From positions 32,001-96,000 of IMG/VR virus record IMGVR_UViG_3300026549_000039: a stretch of DNA of 64,000 nucleotides; one strand, given 5' to 3'. Of this stretch, positions 21,501-31,175 are shown piece after piece. Under the pieces are notes generated by a model. The model did no database searches. It was not told the DNA's origin and saw nothing but the letters and a program-made list of their open reading frames with translations. The position numbers and the translations under genes are program-made. The DNA comes from a virus (taxonomy: Duplodnaviria > Caudoviricetes). Positions within the stretch are counted from its first letter, which is position 1, and every line of letters starts with the position of its first letter.

Positions 21501-22796
21501 GTGGCTTTAATTAAACAATCTTGGTCCTCTCTAAAGCAGCTTGGTACACCGAGTATTCCGTATGGATTCTCAGATTTTGTGACTGTACCAAAAGGGGCCA
21601 AATATATACACTTTGAAATAGCTTATGGAGAAGGGTCGAGTAGTATAGTTGACCAGCTTATTCAGATAGACCAAGATATACAACTAGAAGTTATACAGGA
21701 CGCTATAAATGGGCGTCTGCCGTTTGATACTTCTGACCCCAACTACATGCAGCTTATTGAGGAGGAAACCCAACGTAGAGTGGATGCTGATCCACGAGCA
21801 ATAGACCTGTACAATCAATGGGACGGGCGAATTTATCCTATTGGTGGTATTGTGGACAACCTTGTAGGTTTTCCCGACCTCAAAAATGGATGGACTACCC
21901 TAGTACATCGTCTAGGTATGGGTGTCAACTGCGCCTTTAATACTGTACCTATAGCAACAGTTATATCAATGTGTTTTGACCATAGTTGTTCATTACAGGT
22001 ATTTCATCCAGATGGTACTCTGTTGGTTGGATCCCCTCTACACCAGCGGGACTGGTGTAGAGGGGAGCCGTATGGTGATTCATCTGGCCCGTCTGCATTG
22101 AGATGGCCTGCTGGTATAGAGTATGATAAGAGTGGGCAATGGGCTGAGTGGTACAGTTGGGCTACCGCAGGTTTGATAGCTATGGCTACTGATGGTAATC
22201 TAAACAATATAGTGCGGTATTTTCCATCGAGAGGCACCATTGCCACACCATCAGATATAACTGATGTGTTAAAAACAAAGCACCCAACTGTATTTTTACC
22301 GTCTTTCCAATTTAACGATTCACAAGTTAATGGGAATCGGAAAGTACTTGTAAAGATGGACGATACAACCTTCTACAACTTGACAGTGGACGGCGAGCAG
22401 ATATCCTGGACAGGAGACCCTACAGCAGATGCCCCGCTTCTTTTTCCTCATCAAATGTTAGCACTAGGTTTATATCCGTCTCTAGTCATTCATCCAACTG
22501 ATCCGCCAGATGTAGCCTCAGCAATGAATAATATGACCAGGGAGAAGATAAGATCAAGGCCCTTCCAATCTCTGGATATCGAACAAGCTACAGAGGATTT
22601 AATAATCGGTACTGTCTCATGTGACATGGGAACTGTTTATGGAGAATGGTATATCGATGACGGGACACCAGAGCCCCCTCCATGGCCCCCTGAACCCCCA
22701 GAGCCCGCACCTGTACCTGTTCCAGCTAGGTGTGACAGGCCTAGGATGTGGCGGAAACGTGATGCTAATGAAAACAAACAACATTTTGGATTATAG
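21501..22796 (+). CDS. Paralogous tail appendage protein (one copy of the repeated domain, Pro linker, C-terminal CDRPR...HFG motif)
   Basis: Clear homology to 19250..21487 and to the N-terminus of 22810..26967. Confidence 0.7.
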   Translation: MALIKQSWSSLKQLGTPSIPYGFSDFVTVPKGAKYIHFEIAYGEGSSSIVDQLIQIDQDIQLEVIQDAINGRLPFDTSDPNYMQLIEEETQRRVDADPRAIDLYNQWDGRIYPIGGIVDNLVGFPDLKNGWTTLVHRLGMGVNCAFNTVPIATVISMCFDHSCSLQVFHPDGTLLVGSPLHQRDWCRGEPYGDSSGPSALRWPAGIEYDKSGQWAEWYSWATAGLIAMATDGNLNNIVRYFPSRGTIATPSDITDVLKTKHPTVFLPSFQFNDSQVNGNRKVLVKMDDTTFYNLTVDGEQISWTGDPTADAPLLFPHQMLALGLYPSLVIHPTDPPDVASAMNNMTREKIRSRPFQSLDIEQATEDLIIGTVSCDMGTVYGEWYIDDGTPEPPPWPPEPPEPAPVPVPARCDRPRMWRKRDANENKQHFGL

Positions 22797-22809
22797 GTGG
22801 TGAAGCAGT

Positions 22810-25800
22810 ATGGCATGGGTTAAGACTAGTGTACATAATGATCCTGTACAACCTGGGGCTCCTGGAACTATAGCATTGTCTGGCCATCGAATTAGCTACT
22901 TTTGGACAGTGCCTAGAGGATCTAAAGATATAAGGTTTGAGATACCCTACATGGTTAGAACACCCGAGGCTGCTAATGCCGAATCGGCCTTGCTAGGTAA
23001 GTACGATTCTGAAGTTAGGGATGATATTATATCCGGGGTTCTAAATTTTGATTCCAATGACCCTAACTATATGAACCTTATAGAAGAAGAAGTGAAGAGA
23101 AGGTTTGAGGCAGACCCAGATTATTACAGAATTGTAACTGATGGCTATACCGTGTATCCTAGAAACGGTATAGCGGAATCACTATTTGATCCACCTTCCC
23201 AGTATCTTGATACCTATGGATCTCTTCGGTATGGGGGATCTACTTCGTATCAAGATTACTGGATTATGCCGTTCATGTGTTATAGCCATGGAGCCAGCAT
23301 TCAAGTTTTTCATACCAATGGTAAGCTACTAACAGGAAGTCTACTTACAGGGTATGACAAAAGTAGAGGCGGTCTATATGATGATTCGCACTACCCAGTA
23401 AACGTTTCTACATACTATACAGATGGTAGAAAATGGTTTGCATCCGGGTTGTGGGCAGATTTTCATGACTTCCATACTGTGGACAGGAATTTGCCACCGG
23501 GCGCACCTAGCAGCAGTTACGTTTGGCCCACCCCAGGTAGAACAGTTACACCTTCCATGGTAACTGATGTCCTACGTGAAAGACATCCGAATGTCTTTGG
23601 TTCTGCATTTAATTTCGATGACACATTAGTCAATCAGGGAAGAGGAGAACAGATTAAGTATGATGACTCTACAGAGTATGCATTTACCGTAGATGGTGAA
23701 GAAATAATATGGACCGGGTGTATATTTGGTACAGGACCTTGCAATCTCTCAGCACGGGCCTATATGCTGGGTTTGTATCCATACCTGGAAGACCTGGGTG
23801 TTGGTTATCCGGTAGACCCAATCATATCCAGACCATATGAAGTCCTGCGCATCTCTGAAGCAAAAGAGGACCTTATTATTGGATTCATATCAGACGATGG
23901 TGGGTACGTGTATGGGGAATGGTACACAGATGACGGGACACCAGATCCAGAGCCTCCAGAACCTCCTGAGCCACCAACTCCGCCAGATCCTCCTACACCT
24001 CCGGATCCTCCTACACCTCCTACACCTCCGGATCCTCCTACGCCTCCTACTCCCGAACCTCCAGCCTACCCCAATCAGATCAGGTATACGAATCTGGAAG
24101 AGGTTACACCTGTCCGAAGAGGAGACGATATAGTAATACCACAACCATATGCAGGTATAGCTGTATTTAGGGATGGTAGGTACATCGTAGCAGGTAGAGA
24201 GAAGGGCCGACTTGTCCTGGTAGGTCCTGACGATCTAGTCATCTCTTCTGGTGATCCATTCTCCCTACGCCATGACTACGATAAGCTCATCTGCTATGGC
24301 ATAGCTATGCACGTCAGTGAAGAAAGCCTGTACCTACTAGTAGGAGAAGAAGGTTCCACTGATCTCTACATAACCAGGATAGAGATAATTGGCAGACCAT
24401 CAGGTTGCAGCGCAAAGTGTGACTGTGATGATGATTGTGACTGTACCACTATGTCCAAAATACCTGCTGACGCTGTAGCGTTCCAAGGGAACTATTACAA
24501 AGTCTATGACCAGGTTGTAACCTGGGAAGAAGCCAGGATTGAATGCGAGCGCTTAGGAGGCCATCTCTGCACAATTATGTCCAAAGAGGAGAATAATTGC
24601 GTTAAAGAGCTGGTGACAAAGGCGATTGGAACACCGCCTAGCCGATGGTATGGTGCCTGGATTGGATGCTATGGTGATCGAACACAATGGTATTGGGTAA
24701 ACGGTGCAAAGGTTAATTATGCAAGCTGGACTCCAGGCCAACCTGATTATGTTGGCAGTGGCCCAGTGTACCAGGGAGTAATAATGGTTGATGGTCTATG
24801 GCATGACTACTCCATAGGTGGCAAATGCAACCACTTCGTATGCAAATGGACTGGGTACCCACAGCCTAAGAGCATACCTCACGATGCAGTTAAGTTCCAG
24901 AGACACTACTACAAGGTCTATAAACAAAACGTGACCTGGGAAGAAGCACGTACACTGTGTAGTGATTTGGGTGGACATTTGGCCATAATTACATCTCAGG
25001 AAGAAAATAATTTAGTCCAAAGTCTAGTCTCCAAAGCTATAGGTACACCCACTGGTCGCTATTATGGTGCCTGGATAGGGTGTGAGAGGCGCGACAATGG
25101 ATGGTATTGGGTAGATGACTCTAAGGTAAACTACACAAATTGGGATGCTGGACAACCTGATGCTGCTGGTGGAACAGAATGCTATGGAGAAATAATCGTT
25201 GATGGTCATTGGAATGATTACCATCCATACACAAAGTTGGATTACTTCGTCTGTGAATGGCCTGAAATTGATCCTGGTTCCCCTAGATTCAAATGGAATC
25301 CTGCCTTTGATATCAGGCTGCCATCAATGACTGCTAAGAACATCGACTACAACGACTTCCAGCCCATATATTGGGGTCAGGGCTGGGAACTTGGTGGGTA
25401 TTCTCCTAATGGATTACAGTGGATAACCCACCTACTTAAGAAGAAACAGCCAGAGGTTAAGAATGACTGGTCAAAACTTCATGACGATCTGGCTGTCAAC
25501 CTTACCCAGTTCCCTATGATTGGTCCAGTACTACCCGAGTACAAACCCTGTATTACCGGAGTAGGCGCTAGGGTTATGGTCAGCGTAGTCAATGTTCAGG
25601 TGTACCAGTGCAGCTTCGATATGAAAGTGTGGTACGAAAACACAGCATGGAAGGATGAACCCTGGAGGTGGAGAAATTCACCAAGCAGCATACGGTCAAT
25701 GTGGGAGTCTACGCTAAGATCCATTCTAAAGAAGCGTAAACTGATTGATGAAACAAAACAGCAGACTACCTTAGATGGACCTGGAATCAGAACTCCGCCG

Positions 25801-26967
25801 GTACTGGAAGATTGGTTCCCAGAGGGTAAAGACAAGTCATGGTGGGTCGAGCCTATCTACACATACAACAAGTATGGTGAGATCGTTTACTATTATGGCT
25901 GCTGGTTACACCAGAAGGTAACATTCCAGTACCCATTCCCGGCTTCCTCTGTTGTCACAGTCTACCCAGACTTAGGTATGATTGATGGCATTGCACATGT
26001 CGGTAGTGGTACAGTGTGTGCTGTTCCTCGCGATGTCGATGTTACAGAGGAGTTCTCGTGGTCTAGGTATACTAAGTATCCAGCATCGTTAGATGCAGAC
26101 CACAAGGATCTCAACAAGTATATGGCAACAGGCATCATGGCAGCTGAGGCAGATATTGACCTTATGCTATCCCCGCTGGATTACTACATACCGTCGAACG
26201 TACTGGCATGGGCTGATGGCATCTTGCCCTTGAAGTGGAAGGGTGGTGAAGTAACAACAACCACAGCCCTAACACAGTTCATGGAAGAGTACTGGCTTGA
26301 TGTATACTTGTATCAGCAAAAGTTGGACCCTGTTGCCTATGTTAGAAAGAGACAGCAGGATACAACCCTAGCAAAACTTGGTAGTCTAAAAGAGAACAAA
26401 CTCTGTAGGACTCGAAGAGATGGGGCGCGTAAAGGAGAAAGCGCTGCTGAAGACTATGTTGCTGGTCCATTAGTCTATCCATGGTCAGCTATAGATGGTA
26501 TACAGTCAGCCTGCACTGAAATATGCTCTGGTGTCATAATGGCAGTTACCCCAACAAAGATTTACCGTGGGGACATAGCCCTCCACAAGTTCATCTCGAT
26601 ATACAATGATCGAGTAATAGGTGAGGGGCTGGACATCTACATTGGGAAGGTTCTAATTGGTAAGGAGAAGATCGTGAAGGTGAAGCTACAGCACGCCGGT
26701 TACTCATTGATGCAGCTGAAGAACTTCAAGATTGAAATCATACCTGATATGAACTTCCCCTACTGGCAGTACGTTGAGTTGTCCCTGGATAAGACTACCT
26801 GGAGCAGAAGTTTCACATGGAATAAGCGACAGTTGATGCCTGTGTCTGAGCTGTACAACGCAGAGCATTATGAGTTCGAGTTCTGGGTGAAGGTGCTATG
26901 CTCTTCTACCTATGATGATCCAAAACCTGTAAAGGTTAAAACTACTTACGAAAGGACGGGAAGCTGA
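22810..26967 (+). CDS. Multidomain adhesin: repeated domain, Pro stalk, beta-propeller segment, two tandem C-type lectin domains, C-terminal Ig-like module
   Basis: Two CTLDs with FQG/RHYYKVY...TWEEAR..C..LGGHL..I.S.EEN...AWIG...WYWV...Y..W..GQPD...W(H/N)D...FVC(K/E)W at ~24460-25260. Confidence 0.8.
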   Translation: MAWVKTSVHNDPVQPGAPGTIALSGHRISYFWTVPRGSKDIRFEIPYMVRTPEAANAESALLGKYDSEVRDDIISGVLNFDSNDPNYMNLIEEEVKRRFEADPDYYRIVTDGYTVYPRNGIAESLFDPPSQYLDTYGSLRYGGSTSYQDYWIMPFMCYSHGASIQVFHTNGKLLTGSLLTGYDKSRGGLYDDSHYPVNVSTYYTDGRKWFASGLWADFHDFHTVDRNLPPGAPSSSYVWPTPGRTVTPSMVTDVLRERHPNVFGSAFNFDDTLVNQGRGEQIKYDDSTEYAFTVDGEEIIWTGCIFGTGPCNLSARAYMLGLYPYLEDLGVGYPVDPIISRPYEVLRISEAKEDLIIGFISDDGGYVYGEWYTDDGTPDPEPPEPPEPPTPPDPPTPPDPPTPPTPPDPPTPPTPEPPAYPNQIRYTNLEEVTPVRRGDDIVIPQPYAGIAVFRDGRYIVAGREKGRLVLVGPDDLVISSGDPFSLRHDYDKLICYGIAMHVSEESLYLLVGEEGSTDLYITRIEIIGRPSGCSAKCDCDDDCDCTTMSKIPADAVAFQGNYYKVYDQVVTWEEARIECERLGGHLCTIMSKEENNCVKELVTKAIGTPPSRWYGAWIGCYGDRTQWYWVNGAKVNYASWTPGQPDYVGSGPVYQGVIMVDGLWHDYSIGGKCNHFVCKWTGYPQPKSIPHDAVKFQRHYYKVYKQNVTWEEARTLCSDLGGHLAIITSQEENNLVQSLVSKAIGTPTGRYYGAWIGCERRDNGWYWVDDSKVNYTNWDAGQPDAAGGTECYGEIIVDGHWNDYHPYTKLDYFVCEWPEIDPGSPRFKWNPAFDIRLPSMTAKNIDYNDFQPIYWGQGWELGGYSPNGLQWITHLLKKKQPEVKNDWSKLHDDLAVNLTQFPMIGPVLPEYKPCITGVGARVMVSVVNVQVYQCSFDMKVWYENTAWKDEPWRWRNSPSSIRSMWESTLRSILKKRKLIDETKQQTTLDGPGIRTPPVLEDWFPEGKDKSWWVEPIYTYNKYGEIVYYYGCWLHQKVTFQYPFPASSVVTVYPDLGMIDGIAHVGSGTVCAVPRDVDVTEEFSWSRYTKYPASLDADHKDLNKYMATGIMAAEADIDLMLSPLDYYIPSNVLAWADGILPLKWKGGEVTTTTALTQFMEEYWLDVYLYQQKLDPVAYVRKRQQDTTLAKLGSLKENKLCRTRRDGARKGESAAEDYVAGPLVYPWSAIDGIQSACTEICSGVIMAVTPTKIYRGDIALHKFISIYNDRVIGEGLDIYIGKVLIGKEKIVKVKLQHAGYSLMQLKNFKIEIIPDMNFPYWQYVELSLDKTTWSRSFTWNKRQLMPVSELYNAEHYEFEFWVKVLCSSTYDDPKPVKVKTTYERTGS

Positions 26968-29900
26968 TGCCTGGTGATGAAAACCTCCTTAAGATCATAA
27001 ACTACCCAGCACCGTGCTATCCGTTTGGTATGCGGTATCATCCCACCCATACCTACACGTTCCCTTATAGGGTACAAGCATTCGCTTATACCGATAGGCT
27101 GCATGGCAAATCGGCTATCTATTACCCGGATAGGGACAAGACGGGTGTCATTGAGATAACTACCTTCAAAGAGGGTAGCACTGTAGCGCCAGTGAGGAAA
27201 AGATTCCATGTGGATCATAGCACTTGGTATGAGTCTGATATCGGTGATGTGGTAGCAGTAGATATGGCCTTTGGGTACGACTACCAAAGGCTGTATATAC
27301 TGTTTAAGCAGAACCTATCCAATGGCAAAACCTACAGAGCATGGCTGTCCATGTACGATACCAATAAACCCTCAGAAACCCTGTTTGACCACTCGTGGGG
27401 CATACCTATGTATGGGTTTATCAAGGATATGGTACACCTGCATCCGTTCTCACCAGAGAATTTGGATACGGTTATAGACTACATCAAGGTCTGCGGTATG
27501 ACAGGAGATCTGATCCAGCGTCCAGAGCTGGATCAGACCTTCAACCTACTCTGTGCTCACGATAAGATTTTTGTTACCTTACCGGTAATGTTTAAGCCTA
27601 GAACAATGCCGTGGGATAAGGAAACAGAATGGACTGCCATGGACGCTAGGTGTCTGTATCAGGTATTGTTTATGTTCGACGAGACGGCTGCTACATTCAA
27701 CGCAGCAGCCGTCATCGGCGCTCTTTCTACGTGGCCCGAAGGCTGGGAAACGCCTATACCTGATATATTCCCTAGGCAACCATTGAAGACTAGGATGTTT
27801 TTTATGGATGACTGCGTAGGCTGGCAGCTTGCCCATTGTAGGGTGTTCCCTAAAGAATGGTTCACTGATAGAACTACTAGGTACAACAACTACAACATAT
27901 GGTACCTGAAGGGTGAATGGGATGCAGCTAATATGGTTGACCACTACTGGCAACCCTTGACCACTGAGGCTGTTCACATTGATGATCTAATCAGCACCCT
28001 TACTAAAGAGGGATCCACATTCCTAAAGCCTATGTCCTTTAGAACCCAGCAGTACTACGGTCAGACACCATTAGTTTCTGATTTGTACTATAAGGCTGCT
28101 TCGGATTGGAGCTTCCAGAGGGTGTATGGGTCTTGGGACCATCATATCCAGGAGTACGAAGTAAAGTATCATAATTTCAAGAGGAAGATACTGACTGGAT
28201 TTGAGGTTGAAACCACAGAGGTACGAACTGACTATACTCTCGAAAAACAGGAGTTCCATGTCTTACCTGGAGCTGGATTAGACCTTGCTGATCATATGCA
28301 AACAGTAGAGCTCCGCCAAGGCCACTATAGGGTAGAAATGCGTGGGGCAGACGGCGGCCCATCAAGGTACGTAGAAGGTAGTGACCCTGAGACTTTCCCA
28401 TCTTCGGGTGGAGCCGGTGCATCCGTATCCTTCGAGTTTGATATAAGTAGTACATCTCAGGCTCAGATATATGTTGGGCAAGCCGGGCAGGTTCGTGTAG
28501 GAGGAGTCTGTGGTGGCGGGAATGCTGGTACTTACCCAGCAGATCCTGTAGATCCAAACGGTATACCATCGATTGATGGCTTCTTGGTAAACCGTGGTCT
28601 AAAGTCTGGAAACCCAAGTATTGAAGGAGACTGCAAACTACTAAGGGTTCCAGCTGGCTACAAGCATATACGCCTTGTTTTAGCCGGTGTCTGCCCTGGT
28701 CATGGTATTACTCTTGTTGCCCTTAATCTAAATGGTTATCTATTGGTTGGGGCACCCGCTACACGGTACCCATCCCAGTATACAAACTGGCCCAACCGAG
28801 ACCTTGTACGGGCGTCTAGTCCAACCAGACCACCAAAAGACCCATCCTGGCGTGCAGCATGGTCTAGTCTAGGAAACGAGTATTTATATGGTATAGGTTT
28901 GGATAGCGTTCGTAACGAATACTGTAATGCCTGGTATCCGTACCTGTATATGAAATACTCACCAACTAGCTCGTTCCTAGACCCTACAACACTAGCACCT
29001 GATCTACCACCAAGTGCTGATTTAATCTCAGAGATTCTAAAGGCTCAGTTTCCTGGAACTATACCGTCTACATTCTCTTTTAATGACCGGATAGTAAATG
29101 GTACTGGTTCAGAAGCTCCTTATGTAATTCCAACCACGTCAATAGTTCCTCCTGCTTCACCATATACATTGGGATCCCTACCCAGTTACCTAGTAGGCGG
29201 AGAAACCATTGAGTGGAGTGGATCCGTAAAAGGATCTAACATAATAGCACCTGGTGTGCCTAACGGTTCTGTCTGGGAAGAAATGTACATTGATGAGGCT
29301 AAAAATGATATTCTGATAGGTCTAGTTGGCCTTCACCACTGGACTATGTATGCTGAATGGGAACCGCCAGAACCGACACCGCCCAACGCTGACATAATGG
29401 GTGGAGGAGGAGGAGGGTTCACAGGGTTCTTCCTGAATGGTATACCTTTGGGTATAGCCGGTGCAGGTGGTGGGGCTGGAGGCTCATTTGGTACCGGCGA
29501 CGCAAACGGTGGGCACGGAGGAGGAGTATCAGGAGGCTGGGGTCAGTATGATAACAAGGATGCACAGGAGCCTGGAACACAATCTACAGGATACGGTCTG
29601 TACAAGGGCCAGAGTGCTGTCACAGATGAGAACTCAAATGGCGGTGGAGGTGCTGGTTTTTACGGTGGAACAGCCAACAGGTCCAATGGATCCAGAATAG
29701 GATCTGGTGGTGGAGGTGGATCCTCGTTTGTACTGGGCGCATCTGGATATAATACAGGATACGCCTATCCTGATGTAACCATGAGCAATATAAGCGTTAC
29801 CCCTGGGTCTGGTACACCTGGTACCAACCCACAGGATGGATGGGTTACTATTGAAGGTTCCTACTATGAAATAAACCATCAGTACAAACCTATCTACTCA

Positions 29901-31175
29901 TTATTTGATCATGAGCTAGGCGACTTCTATTATCAATGCGCTGGTAAGTTTATCACACCAGACCGAATGCCGGTTCCTCCAGCTCCTCCACCTAGTCCAT
30001 CAATCTTTCAATGGAAAGACGGAGGATGTACTTACCCAGATCCAATAGAGGATCCAGGTGTACCAGTTACACCAATAGCTTATTTTGAGTATACGCCGCC
30101 TACTCCACCGTTACCAGACTTGGATATTATGTTCCTGGCAGACATGACTGGTTCTATGGATGCGCTCGTGTCAACCATTGGCTCATCCATGAAGTCCTTT
30201 GTTGACAAAATGCAGGCCAAAGGTTACATCAATACACAGTACGCCTTTGGTGTGTTTAACGACAACAATATACGACATATACCAATGACTGGTGGCGCTG
30301 TCTTTACCAAGGATGGACAAGAATTACAGAATGCTTTCAGTAGAGCTAGGTCAGCAGCGGGTTCAGCTGGTGGTCTTGAAAAGGGGGGGCAAGCTATATT
30401 AGATATGTATAATGTGGCACGGCCCACCATGATAAACCCGACTGGATCCCCAGGACAACCCAGCAAGTTGGTCCACTTTGTGATGATCACGGATGAGCCA
30501 TGCGACGATTCTGGGGCAACTACAGATGCAAACGCCGTCACCTTGCTGACTAGCCTAAATGCTGGTATACACTGGATTGTACCAGCGGCCACTGGTAGTT
30601 ATTTGTCTAGCACTCCATTTATCAATCGTACAGTAAATGCCGTCAATGGTTCTGTGATACCAGTAATGCAGATGGGTGGGTCTTGGGGCAATGAAGCAGC
30701 AGAGCGCATTATACAATCTATTGAGTCCACTATAGAGATCATAGAGGATGATACCAAGTATCAAGATTGGGCTCATGCTTTCCCTGGATTACCCGTGTTA
30801 GACTTAACACCCCCAAATACCGTTACATTCAAAAAGCATACTGCATTCAAGTTGGACCCTCCAGGACCTGAAGAGCGGCCAGTTGTACCGGGTTACACAG
30901 TGTATCACACATTCGCCATAGAGAATCTGGCCTGCCATGCCTACATGGTGGATGTACACTTGAAATCAAGAAGTGATAAACTGAAGCTAGGGTATCTTGC
31001 TGAATATGATCCAAACAAACCTGATCCAATCTTACCCCCCGACAAGAGCGAGGTGTCGTGGGATGAAATACCGCCTCATAGTGAAGCAGTTTTCACCATA
31101 CACACTGAGCTTGAGGGCTGCAACATTGAGGACATGCTGGAGTTCAGCTACCACCTTGAATTGAGGGATGATTGA
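26967..31175 (+). CDS. Multidomain adhesin: glycine-rich (ALK/LTK-like) domain split by the repeated domain, vWA domain, Ig-like C-terminus
   Basis: GHYRVEMRGADGG...GGAGA...IYVGQAG and GGGGGGFTG...IAGAGGGAG...GGGGGSSFV; MIDAS DIMFLADMTGSM...VMITDEP. Confidence 0.75.
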   Translation: MPGDENLLKIINYPAPCYPFGMRYHPTHTYTFPYRVQAFAYTDRLHGKSAIYYPDRDKTGVIEITTFKEGSTVAPVRKRFHVDHSTWYESDIGDVVAVDMAFGYDYQRLYILFKQNLSNGKTYRAWLSMYDTNKPSETLFDHSWGIPMYGFIKDMVHLHPFSPENLDTVIDYIKVCGMTGDLIQRPELDQTFNLLCAHDKIFVTLPVMFKPRTMPWDKETEWTAMDARCLYQVLFMFDETAATFNAAAVIGALSTWPEGWETPIPDIFPRQPLKTRMFFMDDCVGWQLAHCRVFPKEWFTDRTTRYNNYNIWYLKGEWDAANMVDHYWQPLTTEAVHIDDLISTLTKEGSTFLKPMSFRTQQYYGQTPLVSDLYYKAASDWSFQRVYGSWDHHIQEYEVKYHNFKRKILTGFEVETTEVRTDYTLEKQEFHVLPGAGLDLADHMQTVELRQGHYRVEMRGADGGPSRYVEGSDPETFPSSGGAGASVSFEFDISSTSQAQIYVGQAGQVRVGGVCGGGNAGTYPADPVDPNGIPSIDGFLVNRGLKSGNPSIEGDCKLLRVPAGYKHIRLVLAGVCPGHGITLVALNLNGYLLVGAPATRYPSQYTNWPNRDLVRASSPTRPPKDPSWRAAWSSLGNEYLYGIGLDSVRNEYCNAWYPYLYMKYSPTSSFLDPTTLAPDLPPSADLISEILKAQFPGTIPSTFSFNDRIVNGTGSEAPYVIPTTSIVPPASPYTLGSLPSYLVGGETIEWSGSVKGSNIIAPGVPNGSVWEEMYIDEAKNDILIGLVGLHHWTMYAEWEPPEPTPPNADIMGGGGGGFTGFFLNGIPLGIAGAGGGAGGSFGTGDANGGHGGGVSGGWGQYDNKDAQEPGTQSTGYGLYKGQSAVTDENSNGGGGAGFYGGTANRSNGSRIGSGGGGGSSFVLGASGYNTGYAYPDVTMSNISVTPGSGTPGTNPQDGWVTIEGSYYEINHQYKPIYSLFDHELGDFYYQCAGKFITPDRMPVPPAPPPSPSIFQWKDGGCTYPDPIEDPGVPVTPIAYFEYTPPTPPLPDLDIMFLADMTGSMDALVSTIGSSMKSFVDKMQAKGYINTQYAFGVFNDNNIRHIPMTGGAVFTKDGQELQNAFSRARSAAGSAGGLEKGGQAILDMYNVARPTMINPTGSPGQPSKLVHFVMITDEPCDDSGATTDANAVTLLTSLNAGIHWIVPAATGSYLSSTPFINRTVNAVNGSVIPVMQMGGSWGNEAAERIIQSIESTIEIIEDDTKYQDWAHAFPGLPVLDLTPPNTVTFKKHTAFKLDPPGPEERPVVPGYTVYHTFAIENLACHAYMVDVHLKSRSDKLKLGYLAEYDPNKPDPILPPDKSEVSWDEIPPHSEAVFTIHTELEGCNIEDMLEFSYHLELRDD

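Noticed and set aside
21249-22803. Similar alternative-frame ORFs ending ...IL(E/D)YRW (21249..21494 and 22621..22803) as programmed frameshift products
   Set aside because: They are by-products of the duplicated Pro-linker/junction DNA; the 9-bp repeats preserve frame and no slippery site was seen.
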